A stretch of DNA of 64,000 bases, from NCBI GenBank assembly GCA_965228875.1, contig OZ245843.1:310001-374000 (forward strand). The letters are read 5' to 3'. This DNA comes from Thalassobaculaceae bacterium (GTDB lineage Bacteria > Pseudomonadota > Alphaproteobacteria > Thalassobaculales > Thalassobaculaceae). Each line of letters starts with the position of its first letter. The first letter of the stretch is position 1. Positions 19,913-30,832 of this stretch are shown here, in pieces. The notes under the pieces are model-generated. The model saw nothing but the letters and a program-made list of their open reading frames with translations, did not search any database and was not told the origin of the DNA. The translations under genes were made by a program, and so were the position numbers.

Positions 19913-22678
19913 ATGAGTATGTATTCCGATTACCTGGCGGAAATCGAAGATCGGAAATCGCAGGAGCTGCACCCAAAACCGATCGAAGATGGCGCCCTTG
20001 TCGAAGAACTGATCGCGCAGATCAAGGATAGCGGTAACGAACACCGCGAGGCGTCCCTGAACTTCCTGATCTACAACACGCTGCCCGGGACGACCAGCGC
20101 GGCGGGGGTCAAGGCCCGGTTCCTCGAGGAGATCATTCTCGGCGACGTCGTGATCGACGAGATCACGCCGACGTTCGCGTTCGAACTGCTGTCCCACATG
20201 AAGGGTGGTCCCTCCGTCGAGGTTCTGCTCAACCTCGCGCTTGGCGACGACGCCGGCATCGCAAAGGAGGCGGCCGAGGTCCTCAAGACGCAGGTGTTCC
20301 TCTACGAAGCGGACACGAACCGGCTGAAGGCCGCATACGAGGCCGGGAGCGCGATCGCCGAGGACATTCTGCGAAGCTATGCGAACGCGGAGTTCTTCAC
20401 GAGACTTCCGGACATTGAGGAAGAGATCAAGGTCGTGACCTACGTCGCGGCGGAAGGGGACATCTCCACGGACCTGATGTCGCCGGGTGCGGAGGCGCAT
20501 TCGCGTGCCGACCGCGAACTGCACGGCAAGAGCTTCATCTCGCGGCGGGCGCAGCAGGAGATTGAAGAGCTCAAGATCCAGCATCCCGGAAAACGCCTGA
20601 TGATGATTGCCGAGAAGGGCACCATGGGCGTCGGCTCGTCCCGGATGTCCGGCGTCAACAACGTCGCCCTTTGGATGGGGGAACAGGCCAGCCCGTACGT
20701 CCCGTTCGTCAACGTCGCCCCGATCGTTGCCGGCACCAACGGCATTTCGCCGATCTTCCAGACGACCGTCGGTGTCACCGGCGGCATCGGTCTCGACCTG
20801 AAGAACTGGGTCAAGAAGCTCGACGCGGACGGCAACGTCATCGTCAACAACGACGGCAACCCGATCCTTGAAGAAAAGTATTCGGTCGCCACGGGTACGA
20901 CGCTGACGATCAATACCAGGACGAGGAAGCTCACGAGCGAGGACGGTTCGGAAGAGTTCGCCGACGTGTCCTCCGCCTTCTCGCCGCAGTCGGTCGAGTT
21001 CATGAAGGCCGGCGGTTCGTACGCGATCGACTTCGGTAAGAAGCTGCAGATCTTCGCGGCGGAGACTCTCGGCGTCGACCCGGCGCAGGTCTTCGCGCCG
21101 CCCAAGGTGGTGTCCCATCCGGGCCAGGGCCTGACCGCGGTCGAGAAGATCTTCAACGCCAACGCCGTCGGCGTCCCCGAGGGCACGGTGCTCCATGCCG
21201 GGTCGGACGCGATGGTGAAGGTGAACATCGTCGGCTCCCAGGACACGACGGGTCCGATGACCGTTCAGGAACTGGAGGCCATGGCCGCCACGGTCATCTC
21301 CCCGATCCTCGACGGCGCCTATCAGTCCGGATGCCACACGGCTTCGGTCTGGGACAAGAAAGCCCAGGCAAACACGCCCAAGCTCATGGCCTTCATGAAC
21401 AAGTTCGGCCTGGTCACCGGACGTGATCCGAAGGGCAAGTATCACGCCATGACGGACGTGATCCACAAGGTGCTGAACGACATCACGGTCGACGACCGGG
21501 CGATCATCATCGGCGGCGATTCACACACCCGGATGTCCAAGGGCGTGGCGTTCGGCGCCGACTCCGGAACGGTGGCCCTTGCCCTTGCCCTGGGACAGGC
21601 GAGCATCCCTGTTCCGCAGTCTGTCAAGGTGACGTTCAAGGGCAAGATGGGCGACCACATGGACTTCCGCGATGTCGTCCATGCGACCCAGGCCCAGATG
21701 CTGGCGCAGTTCAACGGCGAGAACGTCTTCCAGGGTCGGGTCATCGAGGTTCATATCGGCACGCTGCTCGCGGATCAGGCGTTCACGTTCACGGACTGGA
21801 CCGCCGAGATGAAGGCGAAGGCCTCGATCTGCATCTCCAATGACGAAACGCTCATCGAGTCCCTCGAGATCGCCAAGTCGCGCATCCAGGTGATGATCGA
21901 CAAGGGCATGGAGATTCCGTCGGGAATGCTGCGGGGCCTTATCGAGAAGGCCGACGCGCGCATCGCCGGGATCAGGTCCGGTGAGCAGCCGGCACTGAAG
22001 CCGGACGACAACGCCAAGTACTTCGCTGAAGTGGTCGTGGATCTCGACGAGATCAATGAACCGATGATCGCCGACCCCGACGTCAACAACAGCGACGTTG
22101 CGAAACGCTACACCCACGACACCATCCGGCCGATCTCCTACTACGGCGCCGAGAAGAAGGTGGATCTCGGCTTCGTCGGATCCTGCATGGTGCACAAGGG
22201 CGACATGAACATCATCGCCCAGATGTTCCGCAATATCGAGAAGGCCGAGGGGAAGGTGGAGTTCAAGGCGCCGCTCGTGGTCGCCCCGCCGACCTACAAC
22301 ATCGTCGACGAACTGAAGGCCGAAGGCGACTGGGATATCCTCCGGAAATACGCCGGGTTCGAGTTCGACGACGCCGCGCCGAAGACGACCGCACGGACGT
22401 CTTACGAGAACATCCTCTATCTCGAGCGCCCGGGCTGCAATCTCTGCATGGGCAACCAGGAGAAGGCGGCCAAGGGCGACACGGTTATGGCGACCTCGAC
22501 CCGGCTCTTCCAGGGCCGCGTCGTGGCCGACTCCGAGGAGAAGAAGGGTGAGTCGCTGCTCGCCTCCACTCCGGTGGTGGTGCTGTCGACCGTTCTCGGC
22601 CGGACGCCGTCGATCGACGAGTACAAGTCCGCGGTAGAGGGCATCAATCTCACGAAGTTCGCGCCGCCGAGAGCATAA
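19913..22678 (+). CDS. acnB: Aconitate hydratase B / 2-methylisocitrate dehydratase
   Basis: N-terminal HEAT-like PKPI domain, GVGSSRMSG, GSQDTTGPMT, QSGCHT, GGDSHTR, FVGSCM, PGCNLCMGNQ (Fe-S cysteines). Confidence 0.93.
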   Translation: MSMYSDYLAEIEDRKSQELHPKPIEDGALVEELIAQIKDSGNEHREASLNFLIYNTLPGTTSAAGVKARFLEEIILGDVVIDEITPTFAFELLSHMKGGPSVEVLLNLALGDDAGIAKEAAEVLKTQVFLYEADTNRLKAAYEAGSAIAEDILRSYANAEFFTRLPDIEEEIKVVTYVAAEGDISTDLMSPGAEAHSRADRELHGKSFISRRAQQEIEELKIQHPGKRLMMIAEKGTMGVGSSRMSGVNNVALWMGEQASPYVPFVNVAPIVAGTNGISPIFQTTVGVTGGIGLDLKNWVKKLDADGNVIVNNDGNPILEEKYSVATGTTLTINTRTRKLTSEDGSEEFADVSSAFSPQSVEFMKAGGSYAIDFGKKLQIFAAETLGVDPAQVFAPPKVVSHPGQGLTAVEKIFNANAVGVPEGTVLHAGSDAMVKVNIVGSQDTTGPMTVQELEAMAATVISPILDGAYQSGCHTASVWDKKAQANTPKLMAFMNKFGLVTGRDPKGKYHAMTDVIHKVLNDITVDDRAIIIGGDSHTRMSKGVAFGADSGTVALALALGQASIPVPQSVKVTFKGKMGDHMDFRDVVHATQAQMLAQFNGENVFQGRVIEVHIGTLLADQAFTFTDWTAEMKAKASICISNDETLIESLEIAKSRIQVMIDKGMEIPSGMLRGLIEKADARIAGIRSGEQPALKPDDNAKYFAEVVVDLDEINEPMIADPDVNNSDVAKRYTHDTIRPISYYGAEKKVDLGFVGSCMVHKGDMNIIAQMFRNIEKAEGKVEFKAPLVVAPPTYNIVDELKAEGDWDILRKYAGFEFDDAAPKTTARTSYENILYLERPGCNLCMGNQEKAAKGDTVMATSTRLFQGRVVADSEEKKGESLLASTPVVVLSTVLGRTPSIDEYKSAVEGINLTKFAPPRA

Positions 22679-22734
22679 CCGGCGGCCGTCGTCGTGCGCC
22701 CTGTCGATCGGGTGCGCGCCGCCACCCACCGGAA

Positions 22735-22771
22735 CCGTCGACCCCTGGACTGAAATTCCAGGGGTCGACGG
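22735..22771 (+). terminator. 15-bp perfect hairpin after acnB (no clear U-tract)
   Basis: CCGTCGACCCCTGGA-ctgaaat-TCCAGGGGTCGACGG. Confidence 0.55.
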
Positions 22772-23121
22772 ACCGCGGCCGTGCCGGAGTTCAAACGCCG
22801 ATACTTGCGATCGCGATCAGGATTTCGAGCCGAATCGCCGGCTCGGGCAAGAGATCGGGTCGAAGATGTTGCGCCGAGTGATAGTGGTGCGTGTTGTAGT
22901 GCTCTGATTTCGCGTGCATGGAGACTTGCGGTTCCGTGCCGGGCGTCCCACAAGCTGTGCAAAGTGTCTGTACAGACACGGCGTGGCTTGCATTTCCGGG
23001 CTTAGCGAAAATAAGAATCTAATCGCGGATAGTTTGATCCGGGTCACAATGCTACCAGCCATGCCCGGATCCGGTGCTGTATGCAATAGACTGTAGGAGT
23101 CGCTCTGACCGGGGAGGGGGG

Positions 23122-24195
23122 ATGACTCAGATCGTTGATACGCTGATCGCCGACGGGGCCGAAGATCCGATCCCGAGCGCGGTGTTCAGTTTGGATACCG
23201 TGGCCGCGCGCGAGCGCTACGATCTGTGGCGGGACAGCATTTCCTGCATCTTCCAGGCGGATGTCGATCGGGACGTGCGGAGCGACGGCTTCTTCGCAGA
23301 GGTGGACGCGAACATGTTCGGCCCGCTCATGCTGGCCCGAACGAAGAGTCGCGAGCATCTCTGGCAGCGCACGCCGTCGATCCTGGCCCGCGATGGCATG
23401 GATCACTACATGATCCAGCTCTATGAATACGGCGAGATGGTCTGGGAGACGGACACCGGAACGCGCAGCCTGCCGAAGAACGGGCTCATGGTCATCGATC
23501 TCTCCCAGGAACTGCGCACGAAGACCTCCGACTTTCAGAACCTGTCGCTGATCGTGCCGCGTGAGATGCTCGACGGAGCGCTGAAATCGCCGAGCGACCA
23601 GCACATGAGAGTGCTTGGTGGCGAAGAACCGATGGTGACGCTGCTGCGCGATCACATGGTGTCGCTGAAGGGCCTGGCGGGGCGGATGACCCAGCAGCAG
23701 GCCATGGAGATCGCCCCGGCCACCGTGGGGCTGGCCGCGGCCTGCCTGAACGCTGCCGTCAATCAGGAGTCGCCGGCGGAGCGGGGCGGCGTGGTGTTGG
23801 CCCAGCTGACCGTGATCCGGCGGTTCATCGAGGCCAACCTTTCCGAGCCGGACCTGTCGGCGGACTGGATCGCGAAGGGCGTGGGGGTTTCCAGATCGAA
23901 GCTGTACCAGTTGTTCGATGCTTTCGGCGGGGTCGGAACCTATATCCGGGACCGGAGACTGAGGCGTGCCCTGCTCGCGCTTACGGACAACAGGTCGCGT
24001 CACCGTCCGATCTACGATATTGCGCTCGCCTCGGGGTACTCGAGCGATGCGGCGTTCAGCCGGGCGTTCCGGTCCCGCTACGGGATCGCACCGCGCGACG
24101 TCCGCAACAACGCGCATCCCCTGGATCGTATGGACAGGTATCGCGGCGACCTCGACCGTCGCTACGAACGCTGGTTGCATCACCTGTCGGTCTGA
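23122..24195 (+). CDS. AraC-family transcriptional regulator (FeaR-like N-terminal domain)
   Basis: GGAGG RBS. ERYDLWRD N-terminus, C-terminal double HTH IEANL...GVSRSKLYQLF...IRDRRL...IYDIALASGYSSDAAFSRAFRSRYG. Confidence 0.92.
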   Translation: MTQIVDTLIADGAEDPIPSAVFSLDTVAARERYDLWRDSISCIFQADVDRDVRSDGFFAEVDANMFGPLMLARTKSREHLWQRTPSILARDGMDHYMIQLYEYGEMVWETDTGTRSLPKNGLMVIDLSQELRTKTSDFQNLSLIVPREMLDGALKSPSDQHMRVLGGEEPMVTLLRDHMVSLKGLAGRMTQQQAMEIAPATVGLAAACLNAAVNQESPAERGGVVLAQLTVIRRFIEANLSEPDLSADWIAKGVGVSRSKLYQLFDAFGGVGTYIRDRRLRRALLALTDNRSRHRPIYDIALASGYSSDAAFSRAFRSRYGIAPRDVRNNAHPLDRMDRYRGDLDRRYERWLHHLSV

Positions 24196-24229
24196 GCGGC
24201 GGTCTGCCGCAGACCGAATACATCCTGAC

Positions 24230-24273
24230 CGCAAGCACGGCGGCGCCCCATGGGCGCCGCCGTTTGCGTTTCT
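24230..24273 (+). terminator. Rho-independent terminator after the AraC gene
   Basis: ACGGCGGCGCCC-cat-GGGCGCCGCCGT 12-bp stem followed by T-rich TTGCGTTTCT. Confidence 0.7.
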
Positions 24274-24517
24274 CGTGGCTGGACTGCGGCGCCGACGTCC
24301 GCCCGTCGACGTCCGCCGGTCGACGTGCTCCTGCACAGTACTCCGAACGAACGGCAAACCGGAATGAACTGGGAGGAATGAATCCGAAACGTCCGGACAA
24401 GTAGCCGGAAGACGTAACGCCATAATTCACCAGGCGCCGCGGTGCGCGAACCGAAGTCGCAAGAACCGAGTTCGCAGATTCCGGCGCTGGAAGGATTGTT
24501 GGCGGGGCGAAACCGGA

Positions 24518-25765
24518 ATGGCGATATTTCGAGAGAAGGCGCTCAAGCGGCTTTCATCGCCGGAAAACCTGGACGAGGCGCTGGTCGCGGCGTCGCCATT
24601 TCATTGGGTCGCCTTCCTCTCGGCGGGTGCGCTGGTTGCGGCCGCCGTCGCCTGGGGCGTGTTCGGCAGCGTGCCGACGCGGATCAAGGCGGACGGCATC
24701 CTGCTGCATCGCGACAGCGAGGTGTTCTCGGCCTCGGCGGAAGGGACGGGCAAGCTGATCGACGTGACGGTCGCGCTCGGCGACCGGGTCACGGCGGGAC
24801 AGGTCGTCGCCCTGTTGAACCAGGACGTCGACGAGCGCCGCCTGGAACTCCTGGTCGACAAGATGCAGAGCGCGCGGGCCAGACGCGATGCCGACGAGAG
24901 GGCGCAGCGCGAGGACAGCGTTCTCCGCGCGGACCTGATGGCGAAAGAACGTGCCTCGCTCTCCGCGAAGATCGCCAATGCGAAGGCGCGCGAGGCCAAC
25001 CTGCTTGAATTGGTCGCCGACATGCGGAGCCTGCTCAAGCGAGGGTTCATCGAGCGTTCGCGGCTCCTGGCCCGGGAAAACGAACTGATTCAGGTGCGCG
25101 AGACCATCGCGGATCTCAACAACTCCCTGGTCAAGCTCGAGGTCCAGAACCGGGAACGCGCGGAGTACTGGAGAGACCGCGTCTACGCCTCTGAGAAGGA
25201 ACTCGAGGCGCTGCACGACGAGATGGAGAACATCCGCGAGCAGCTCAAACGGGTCCAGACCGTCGACGCGCCGATCACCGGCACGGTCACGGAGATCTCT
25301 GCCAGCCTGGGCGACGTGATCGCCGCCGGAACGGCCGTGGTCCGGATCGTCTCCGAGGCGACGGAGATGGATGCCCTGCTTTTCGTCCCACCGTCGGACG
25401 GCAAGCTGATCAAGCCGAACCTGACCGCGAATATCGAGCCGACGGTGGCGAAGAAGGAGGAGTTCGGCACCATCCTCGCCAATGTCCGCAGCGTCTCGGA
25501 CCTGCCGATGTCGTCCTCGGCGATCCAGGCGATGCTGCAGAACGAGAAGCTGGTCCAGCAGTTCAGCGCCAAGGGCGCTCCGGTGGCGGTCCGTGCCGAC
25601 CTGCTCGAGGCGGGTAATGACAAGGAACGGTTCCGGTGGACCGGCGGTGCGGGGCCGAGCTTCGACATCGAGCAGGGTACCCTCGTTGCGGCGACCATCA
25701 CCGTGCGCCGTCAGCGCCCGATCACGCTGATCCTGCCGTTCCTCAAAAACCTCGTCGGCCTCTGA
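24518..25765 (+). CDS. NHLP bacteriocin system secretion protein (HlyD-type membrane fusion protein)
   Basis: IFREKALKRLSSPENLD N-terminus, single TM, lipoyl halves flanking a coiled coil, EEFGTI, QRPITLILPFLK C-terminus. Confidence 0.9.
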   Translation: MAIFREKALKRLSSPENLDEALVAASPFHWVAFLSAGALVAAAVAWGVFGSVPTRIKADGILLHRDSEVFSASAEGTGKLIDVTVALGDRVTAGQVVALLNQDVDERRLELLVDKMQSARARRDADERAQREDSVLRADLMAKERASLSAKIANAKAREANLLELVADMRSLLKRGFIERSRLLARENELIQVRETIADLNNSLVKLEVQNRERAEYWRDRVYASEKELEALHDEMENIREQLKRVQTVDAPITGTVTEISASLGDVIAAGTAVVRIVSEATEMDALLFVPPSDGKLIKPNLTANIEPTVAKKEEFGTILANVRSVSDLPMSSSAIQAMLQNEKLVQQFSAKGAPVAVRADLLEAGNDKERFRWTGGAGPSFDIEQGTLVAATITVRRQRPITLILPFLKNLVGL

Positions 25766-25767
25766 CC

Positions 25768-27927
25768 ATGGCGGCCGGTATGAAGATCGCGAACCGCCGG
25801 GTGAAGACGCCGACCGTGCTGCAGATGGAGGCGGTCGAATGCGGCGCCGCGGCGCTGGGGATCGTTCTGGCGCATCACGGCAAATGGCGGCCGCTGGAGG
25901 AGCTCCGGACCGAGTGCGGCGTGTCCCGCGACGGCTCGAAGGCCAAGAACGTCCTGTACGGCGCCCGACGCTACGGGCTGCAGGCCAAGGGGCGCAAGGC
26001 GCTGGTCGAGACCGCGCTCAACACCCCGTTTCCCTTCATCGCGTTCTGGAACTTCAATCACTTCCTGGTGGTCGAGGGGTATCGGAACGGCATCGTCTAC
26101 CTGAACGACCCGGCAACCGGCCCGCGAACGGTGACGCTGGAGGACTTCGACAACGCGTTCACGGGCGTGATCCTCGTCTTCGAGCCCGGCGAAGGGTTCA
26201 CCCGCGATCCCAAGCCGCCCGGTGTGATCGCCCGCCTGCTGCCGCGCACGGCCTCCATCCGCAGTGCGATCCTGCTGTCGGTGCTGATCAGCCTCACCCT
26301 GGTCGTGCCGGGGCTCGTGGTTCCGGGATTCTCCAAGGTCTTCGTCGACGAAGTGCTGATCAACGGCAAGGACGACTGGCTCGGCCCTCTCCTGCTGTTC
26401 ATGGTCGGAACGACGATCGTGACCGCGATACTGACGTGGCTCCAGCAGGCGGTGCTGCTTCGAACGGAGTCGAAGTTGGCACTGGCGGCGTCGGCGCGCT
26501 TCGTCTGGCACCTGATCCGCCTGCCGATCGACTTCTTCAATCAGCGCCATCCGGGCGACATCTCCAACCGCATCGACGCGAACGACAGGATCGCAGCCTC
26601 TATCGCCGGCGATCTCGGCGAGAGCCTGGTGAGTGTCGTCCGCGTGGTGTTCTACGGCGCGGTGATGCTGGCGTTCGACTGGATCCTCGCGATCGCGGCC
26701 ATGGCTCTCTCGCTGACGAACATTCTGGTCTTCCAGGTCCTGATGCGTCGCCGCGCTGACGCGAGCCTGCGCGTGCAGCAGGAGTTCGGGCAGTTTCAGT
26801 CGGCCTCTGTCACCGGCATTCAGGCGATCGAGACGTTGAAGGCCACGGGAACCGACGATGACTATTTCGAGCGCTGGGCCGGGTTCCAGGCCAAACATCT
26901 GAACAACCAGCGTCGTCTCGGGCTGTATGGGGTCATCGCCAACAGCTTTCCGCCCCTGCTGGACGGTCTGACGATCGCCGCGGTGCTGGGGCTCGGCGGC
27001 TGGCGGATCATGCAGGGCGAGATGACGATCGGCACGCTCGTCGCCTTCCAGGCGCTGATCCAGAATTTCTCCGGACCGATCAACGCCCTGGTCGCGACCG
27101 GCGGTGCGATACAGGAGCTCAACGCCGATCTGATCCGTACCGATGACGTCTTCAAGCAGGACCGCGACCGCCGGTATGCGGACCGGTCGGGTGGACAGAT
27201 CGACCGGCTGAGCGGCCGCATCGAGCTGCGCGACGTGACCTTCGGCTACAGCCGGCTCGAGCCGCCGCTGATCGAGAACTTCAACCTGACCATCGAGCCG
27301 GGCGCGCGGGTCGCCCTGGTCGGTGGTTCGGGCAGTGGGAAATCGACCATCGCCAAGTTGATGACGGGCCTCTACCGGCCCTGGTCGGGCGAGATCCTGT
27401 ATGACGGCCGGCCGTTGGACAGCATCCCCGTGTCGACCCTTACCCAGTCGATCGCCTCGGTCAGCCAGGAGATCATCCTGTTCGGCGGCACCGTCCGCGA
27501 CAACCTCAGCGCCTGGGACGAGCAGGTTCCGGCCGAGGAGATGATCGAAGCGCTCGACGATGCCCGGATTCTGGATGTCATCTCCGGCCGGGGAGGTGCG
27601 CTGGAGGCCGAGGTCGACGAGGGCGGCGGCAACTTCAGTGGCGGCCAGGCCCAGCGCATCGAGATCGCCCGCGCGCTGTCGATCGACCCGTCGATCCTCA
27701 TTCTCGACGAGGCGACCAGCGCCCTCGACGCGACGACGGAGGGCGAGATCGATGTGGCGATCCGGCGCCGTGGCTGCACCTGCGTCATCGTCGCCCACCG
27801 GCTGTCGACCATCCGTGACGCCGACGAGATCGTCGTCCTGAACTTCGGTCAGGTCGTGGAGCGTGGCAGCCACGATGAACTGGCCGAGGCCGACGGGCCC
27901 TATGCCCAGCTGATTGCGCAGGGGTGA
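25768..27927 (+). CDS. NHLP-type ABC exporter with N-terminal C39 peptidase (PCAT)
   Basis: [19 protein letters not shown] (catalytic Cys), [18 protein letters not shown] (His), [23 protein letters not shown]. Confidence 0.93.
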   Translation: MAAGMKIANRRVKTPTVLQMEAVECGAAALGIVLAHHGKWRPLEELRTECGVSRDGSKAKNVLYGARRYGLQAKGRKALVETALNTPFPFIAFWNFNHFLVVEGYRNGIVYLNDPATGPRTVTLEDFDNAFTGVILVFEPGEGFTRDPKPPGVIARLLPRTASIRSAILLSVLISLTLVVPGLVVPGFSKVFVDEVLINGKDDWLGPLLLFMVGTTIVTAILTWLQQAVLLRTESKLALAASARFVWHLIRLPIDFFNQRHPGDISNRIDANDRIAASIAGDLGESLVSVVRVVFYGAVMLAFDWILAIAAMALSLTNILVFQVLMRRRADASLRVQQEFGQFQSASVTGIQAIETLKATGTDDDYFERWAGFQAKHLNNQRRLGLYGVIANSFPPLLDGLTIAAVLGLGGWRIMQGEMTIGTLVAFQALIQNFSGPINALVATGGAIQELNADLIRTDDVFKQDRDRRYADRSGGQIDRLSGRIELRDVTFGYSRLEPPLIENFNLTIEPGARVALVGGSGSGKSTIAKLMTGLYRPWSGEILYDGRPLDSIPVSTLTQSIASVSQEIILFGGTVRDNLSAWDEQVPAEEMIEALDDARILDVISGRGGALEAEVDEGGGNFSGGQAQRIEIARALSIDPSILILDEATSALDATTEGEIDVAIRRRGCTCVIVAHRLSTIRDADEIVVLNFGQVVERGSHDELAEADGPYAQLIAQG

Positions 27928-27931
27928 GCGG

Positions 27932-30799
27932 ATGAGCAGCGTGGAGCCGATCGACGAGACAGGCACGGTGCGCACGGTCAGCGGCCGCGACCGGATCTCG
28001 CTGTCAGCGGGACACAGTCTCCTGAGTGTCGAGCGGGGTGCGGTCAATCTGTTTATCCAGCTCACGGCTGAGGACGGCACGCCGTTGGGGGCCCGGCGCA
28101 TGATTGCCGCCCTCGAGCAGGGTGCCATGCTGCCGCTACCGGGTTGCGCTTTCGACGGCATGCGTCTGATGGTGGTCGGCGTCGGTGCCTCGGCGATCCG
28201 CCTGTTCGACGCCGATGAGCGCGACACTGTCACGGCCGATCCGGACACCTTCGTGATCGCGACGGGCATCGGGTTGGCGAGGCTGTTGCGCGACGCCGGC
28301 GGCCGGGACCGGTCCGAACATGCGGCTTTTCTGATCTCGCCCGGAGAGAGCGCCGTCCTCGCAAGTGGTACCGCGGTGTCCGCCGCCCGCCCGACGTGGA
28401 TCCTGTCCCGCGACGCCGGAACGGATCGCGACGCGTCCGACATCGCTCTGGTTGGCCCAGGCCGGTCGATCACGCTCGCCGCCGAGGGGGAACTGCGCGC
28501 GCTGGACATCGCGCAGCTGATCCGCGAGCGGGGGTGGCAGCCGGTCGATCGCTGGGTCACGGATGCCATGGTCGACGTCGCACGCGACCTGCAAGAATGG
28601 ATGGAGGAGCGCCGGCGCCGCATGGCCCGTGTGACGGAAGACGACGTTGCCCAGTTGGACAACGCCCTCGGCCGTTTGCCGGCAATCGTCAACGACGGTG
28701 CGACGCGTGCGCCGACGGTCGGGGTGCGCGGCTCCGTGCCGTCCATCGTCAGCGCACTGCGGCTGGTCTGCGAGGCCCAGCGGATCGAGTTTTCGCCGCC
28801 GGCCGAGGTGCTCGACGACCCGGATCCGGAAGTCGTGCTGCAGGATGTCCTGCGCCGGGCCAATCTGCGGTTCCGCAAGATCGTCCTGCCGGACCGCTGG
28901 TGGCGTCGCGACGGCGAGAACGCCGTCGGCTTCGATCTCGAGACCGGGGACCCGCTGGCGATCCTGCGGACCGGGTCGGGGAGGTTCGAACGGGTATCGC
29001 CGGTAGACGGCTCCCGTTCCCGCATCGGAGCCGCATCGGCCAGACGGATCGACGAGCAGGCCTTCGTGGTCTTCAAACCGCTGCCGTTCCGACCGCTCAA
29101 GGCCATGGACCTCGTCAGACATGTGCTGTCGGGGCGGGCGCGTTTCGACATGCGCTGGGCAGCCGTGCTGGCGGTGCTGACCGCGCTGCTCGGTCTGCTG
29201 CCGCCGATCCTGACCGGGCAGTTGCTGAACGAGGTCGTGCCCTTCGCCGAAGAGCAGCGGCTGATCGTTCTCGCCCTGGGGCTTGCCTTCATGGCGCTGG
29301 GAAGCGCGGCGTTCCAACTGGTCCGGTCGATCGCCCTGCTGCGGGTCGAGGCATTCGCCGACGGCGCGCTCCAGGCGGCGGTCTGGGACCGGCTGCTGCG
29401 GCTGCCGCTTACCTTCTTCCGCAGCTACGAGATCGGCGACCTGCTGATAAAGGCGATGGGACCGACACAGTTGCGCCAGGCGGTGTCCGATACCGCGCTG
29501 AGTTCGGCCCTGTCGGCGATCTTCTCGGTCGTGAACTTCGTGCTGATGATGACGTACGACTCCGCCCTCGCCGGCGCGGCCTTCGTCTTCACGCTGGTCA
29601 CCAGCCTCATTCTGCTCGGGCTCAGCCGCCTGCAGCTCCGCTTCGAACGGGTCCAGCTGAAGGCGGATGCCTCCGTCTCCAGTTTCATCATCCAGATCCT
29701 GGTCGGGATCCAGAAGATCCGCCTGATGGGGGCCGAGGACCGGGCGTTCGCGCGCTGGGTGCACCGGTTCGCGGATCAGCGTCAGCACCTGGTCCGTGCC
29801 GCCCGCATCGGAAACGCGATCCAGACCTTCAGCGTCGTTCTGCCCGTGCTTGCCAGCATCATGTTCTTCTACATGGTCGGTACCGCCGGGGAGGACCGTC
29901 TCTCCGTCGGCAGTTTCGTCGCCTTCAACGCCGCATTCGGCGGTTTCCACGGCGCGTTGCTCGGCCTGGTCTCGGCGGTGTCGGCGTCGCTGTCGGCGAT
30001 ACCGGTCTACGAGAACATGAAGCCGATCATGGACGAACAGCCGGAGCTCGATCCCGAGCGGAACCCCGCACCTGTGCTCGACGGCGGTATTCATCTCAGC
30101 AAGGTGTCCTTCCGCTACGACGAGGACGGCCCGCTGATCCTCGACGGCATCGACATGAGCATCGGAGCGGGTCAGTTCGTCGCCTTCGTCGGCCCGTCCG
30201 GTTCCGGCAAGTCGACGCTCTTCCGTTTGCTGCTCGGCTTCGAGACGCCGGAACAGGGGACCATCGGCTACGACGGGCTCGACCTCTCGCGCCTCGACCT
30301 GAAGACGGTGCGCCGTCAGATCGGCGTCGTTCTTCAGCGCGGTGCGATCCTGCCGGGGTCGATCTTCGAGAACATCGTCGGTTCCGCGCCGCTGTCCCAG
30401 GAGGAAGCCTGGGAGGCGGCCCGCATGGCGGGGCTCGACGAAGACATTCAGCACATGCCGATGGGGATGCACACCGTCCTGACCGAGGGCGGCGGCACCT
30501 TGTCGGGCGGTCAGCGCCAGCGGCTGATGATCGCCCGGGCGGTGGTGCGCAAGCCGCGCATCCTGCTGATGGACGAGGCGACCAGCGCGCTGGACAACCG
30601 GACCCAGGCGATCGTTTCGGAGTCGCTGGCCCATCTCAACGCCACGCGGATCGTCATCGCCCACCGACTGAGCACCGTGGTCAACGCCGACCGCATCTTC
30701 GTCGTCGTCGGGGGTCGTGTCGTCCAGGCGGGGACCTATGACGAGCTGATGCAGGTGGACGGCCCGTTCCGCGACCTCGCGCAGCGGCAGATTGCGTGA
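27932..30799 (+). CDS. NHLP-type ABC exporter, second (peptidase-less) permease/ATPase subunit
   Basis: Long N-terminal extension, WWRRDG motif, [27 protein letters not shown]. Third member of the NHLP export triad. Confidence 0.9.
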   Translation: MSSVEPIDETGTVRTVSGRDRISLSAGHSLLSVERGAVNLFIQLTAEDGTPLGARRMIAALEQGAMLPLPGCAFDGMRLMVVGVGASAIRLFDADERDTVTADPDTFVIATGIGLARLLRDAGGRDRSEHAAFLISPGESAVLASGTAVSAARPTWILSRDAGTDRDASDIALVGPGRSITLAAEGELRALDIAQLIRERGWQPVDRWVTDAMVDVARDLQEWMEERRRRMARVTEDDVAQLDNALGRLPAIVNDGATRAPTVGVRGSVPSIVSALRLVCEAQRIEFSPPAEVLDDPDPEVVLQDVLRRANLRFRKIVLPDRWWRRDGENAVGFDLETGDPLAILRTGSGRFERVSPVDGSRSRIGAASARRIDEQAFVVFKPLPFRPLKAMDLVRHVLSGRARFDMRWAAVLAVLTALLGLLPPILTGQLLNEVVPFAEEQRLIVLALGLAFMALGSAAFQLVRSIALLRVEAFADGALQAAVWDRLLRLPLTFFRSYEIGDLLIKAMGPTQLRQAVSDTALSSALSAIFSVVNFVLMMTYDSALAGAAFVFTLVTSLILLGLSRLQLRFERVQLKADASVSSFIIQILVGIQKIRLMGAEDRAFARWVHRFADQRQHLVRAARIGNAIQTFSVVLPVLASIMFFYMVGTAGEDRLSVGSFVAFNAAFGGFHGALLGLVSAVSASLSAIPVYENMKPIMDEQPELDPERNPAPVLDGGIHLSKVSFRYDEDGPLILDGIDMSIGAGQFVAFVGPSGSGKSTLFRLLLGFETPEQGTIGYDGLDLSRLDLKTVRRQIGVVLQRGAILPGSIFENIVGSAPLSQEEAWEAARMAGLDEDIQHMPMGMHTVLTEGGGTLSGGQRQRLMIARAVVRKPRILLMDEATSALDNRTQAIVSESLAHLNATRIVIAHRLSTVVNADRIFVVVGGRVVQAGTYDELMQVDGPFRDLAQRQIA

Positions 30800-30832
30800 G
30801 GAACAGCATGCCCGGTGAGAGGAGCATCGATC

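Noticed and set aside
22780..23100. ncRNA/tRNA or sigma-54 promoter in the acnB-araC intergenic region
   Set aside because: No cloverleaf or riboswitch consensus was recognised, and the GG...TTGC candidate near 22980 has the wrong -24/-12 spacing.
25711..29292. 1193-aa antisense ORF, and similar long shadow ORFs (1322-3349, 28136-30664, 38897-41071, 42649-44931, 61812-63815)
   Set aside because: They lie opposite clearly recognisable genes and have no motifs. Such ORFs are expected from stop-codon scarcity in high-GC DNA.
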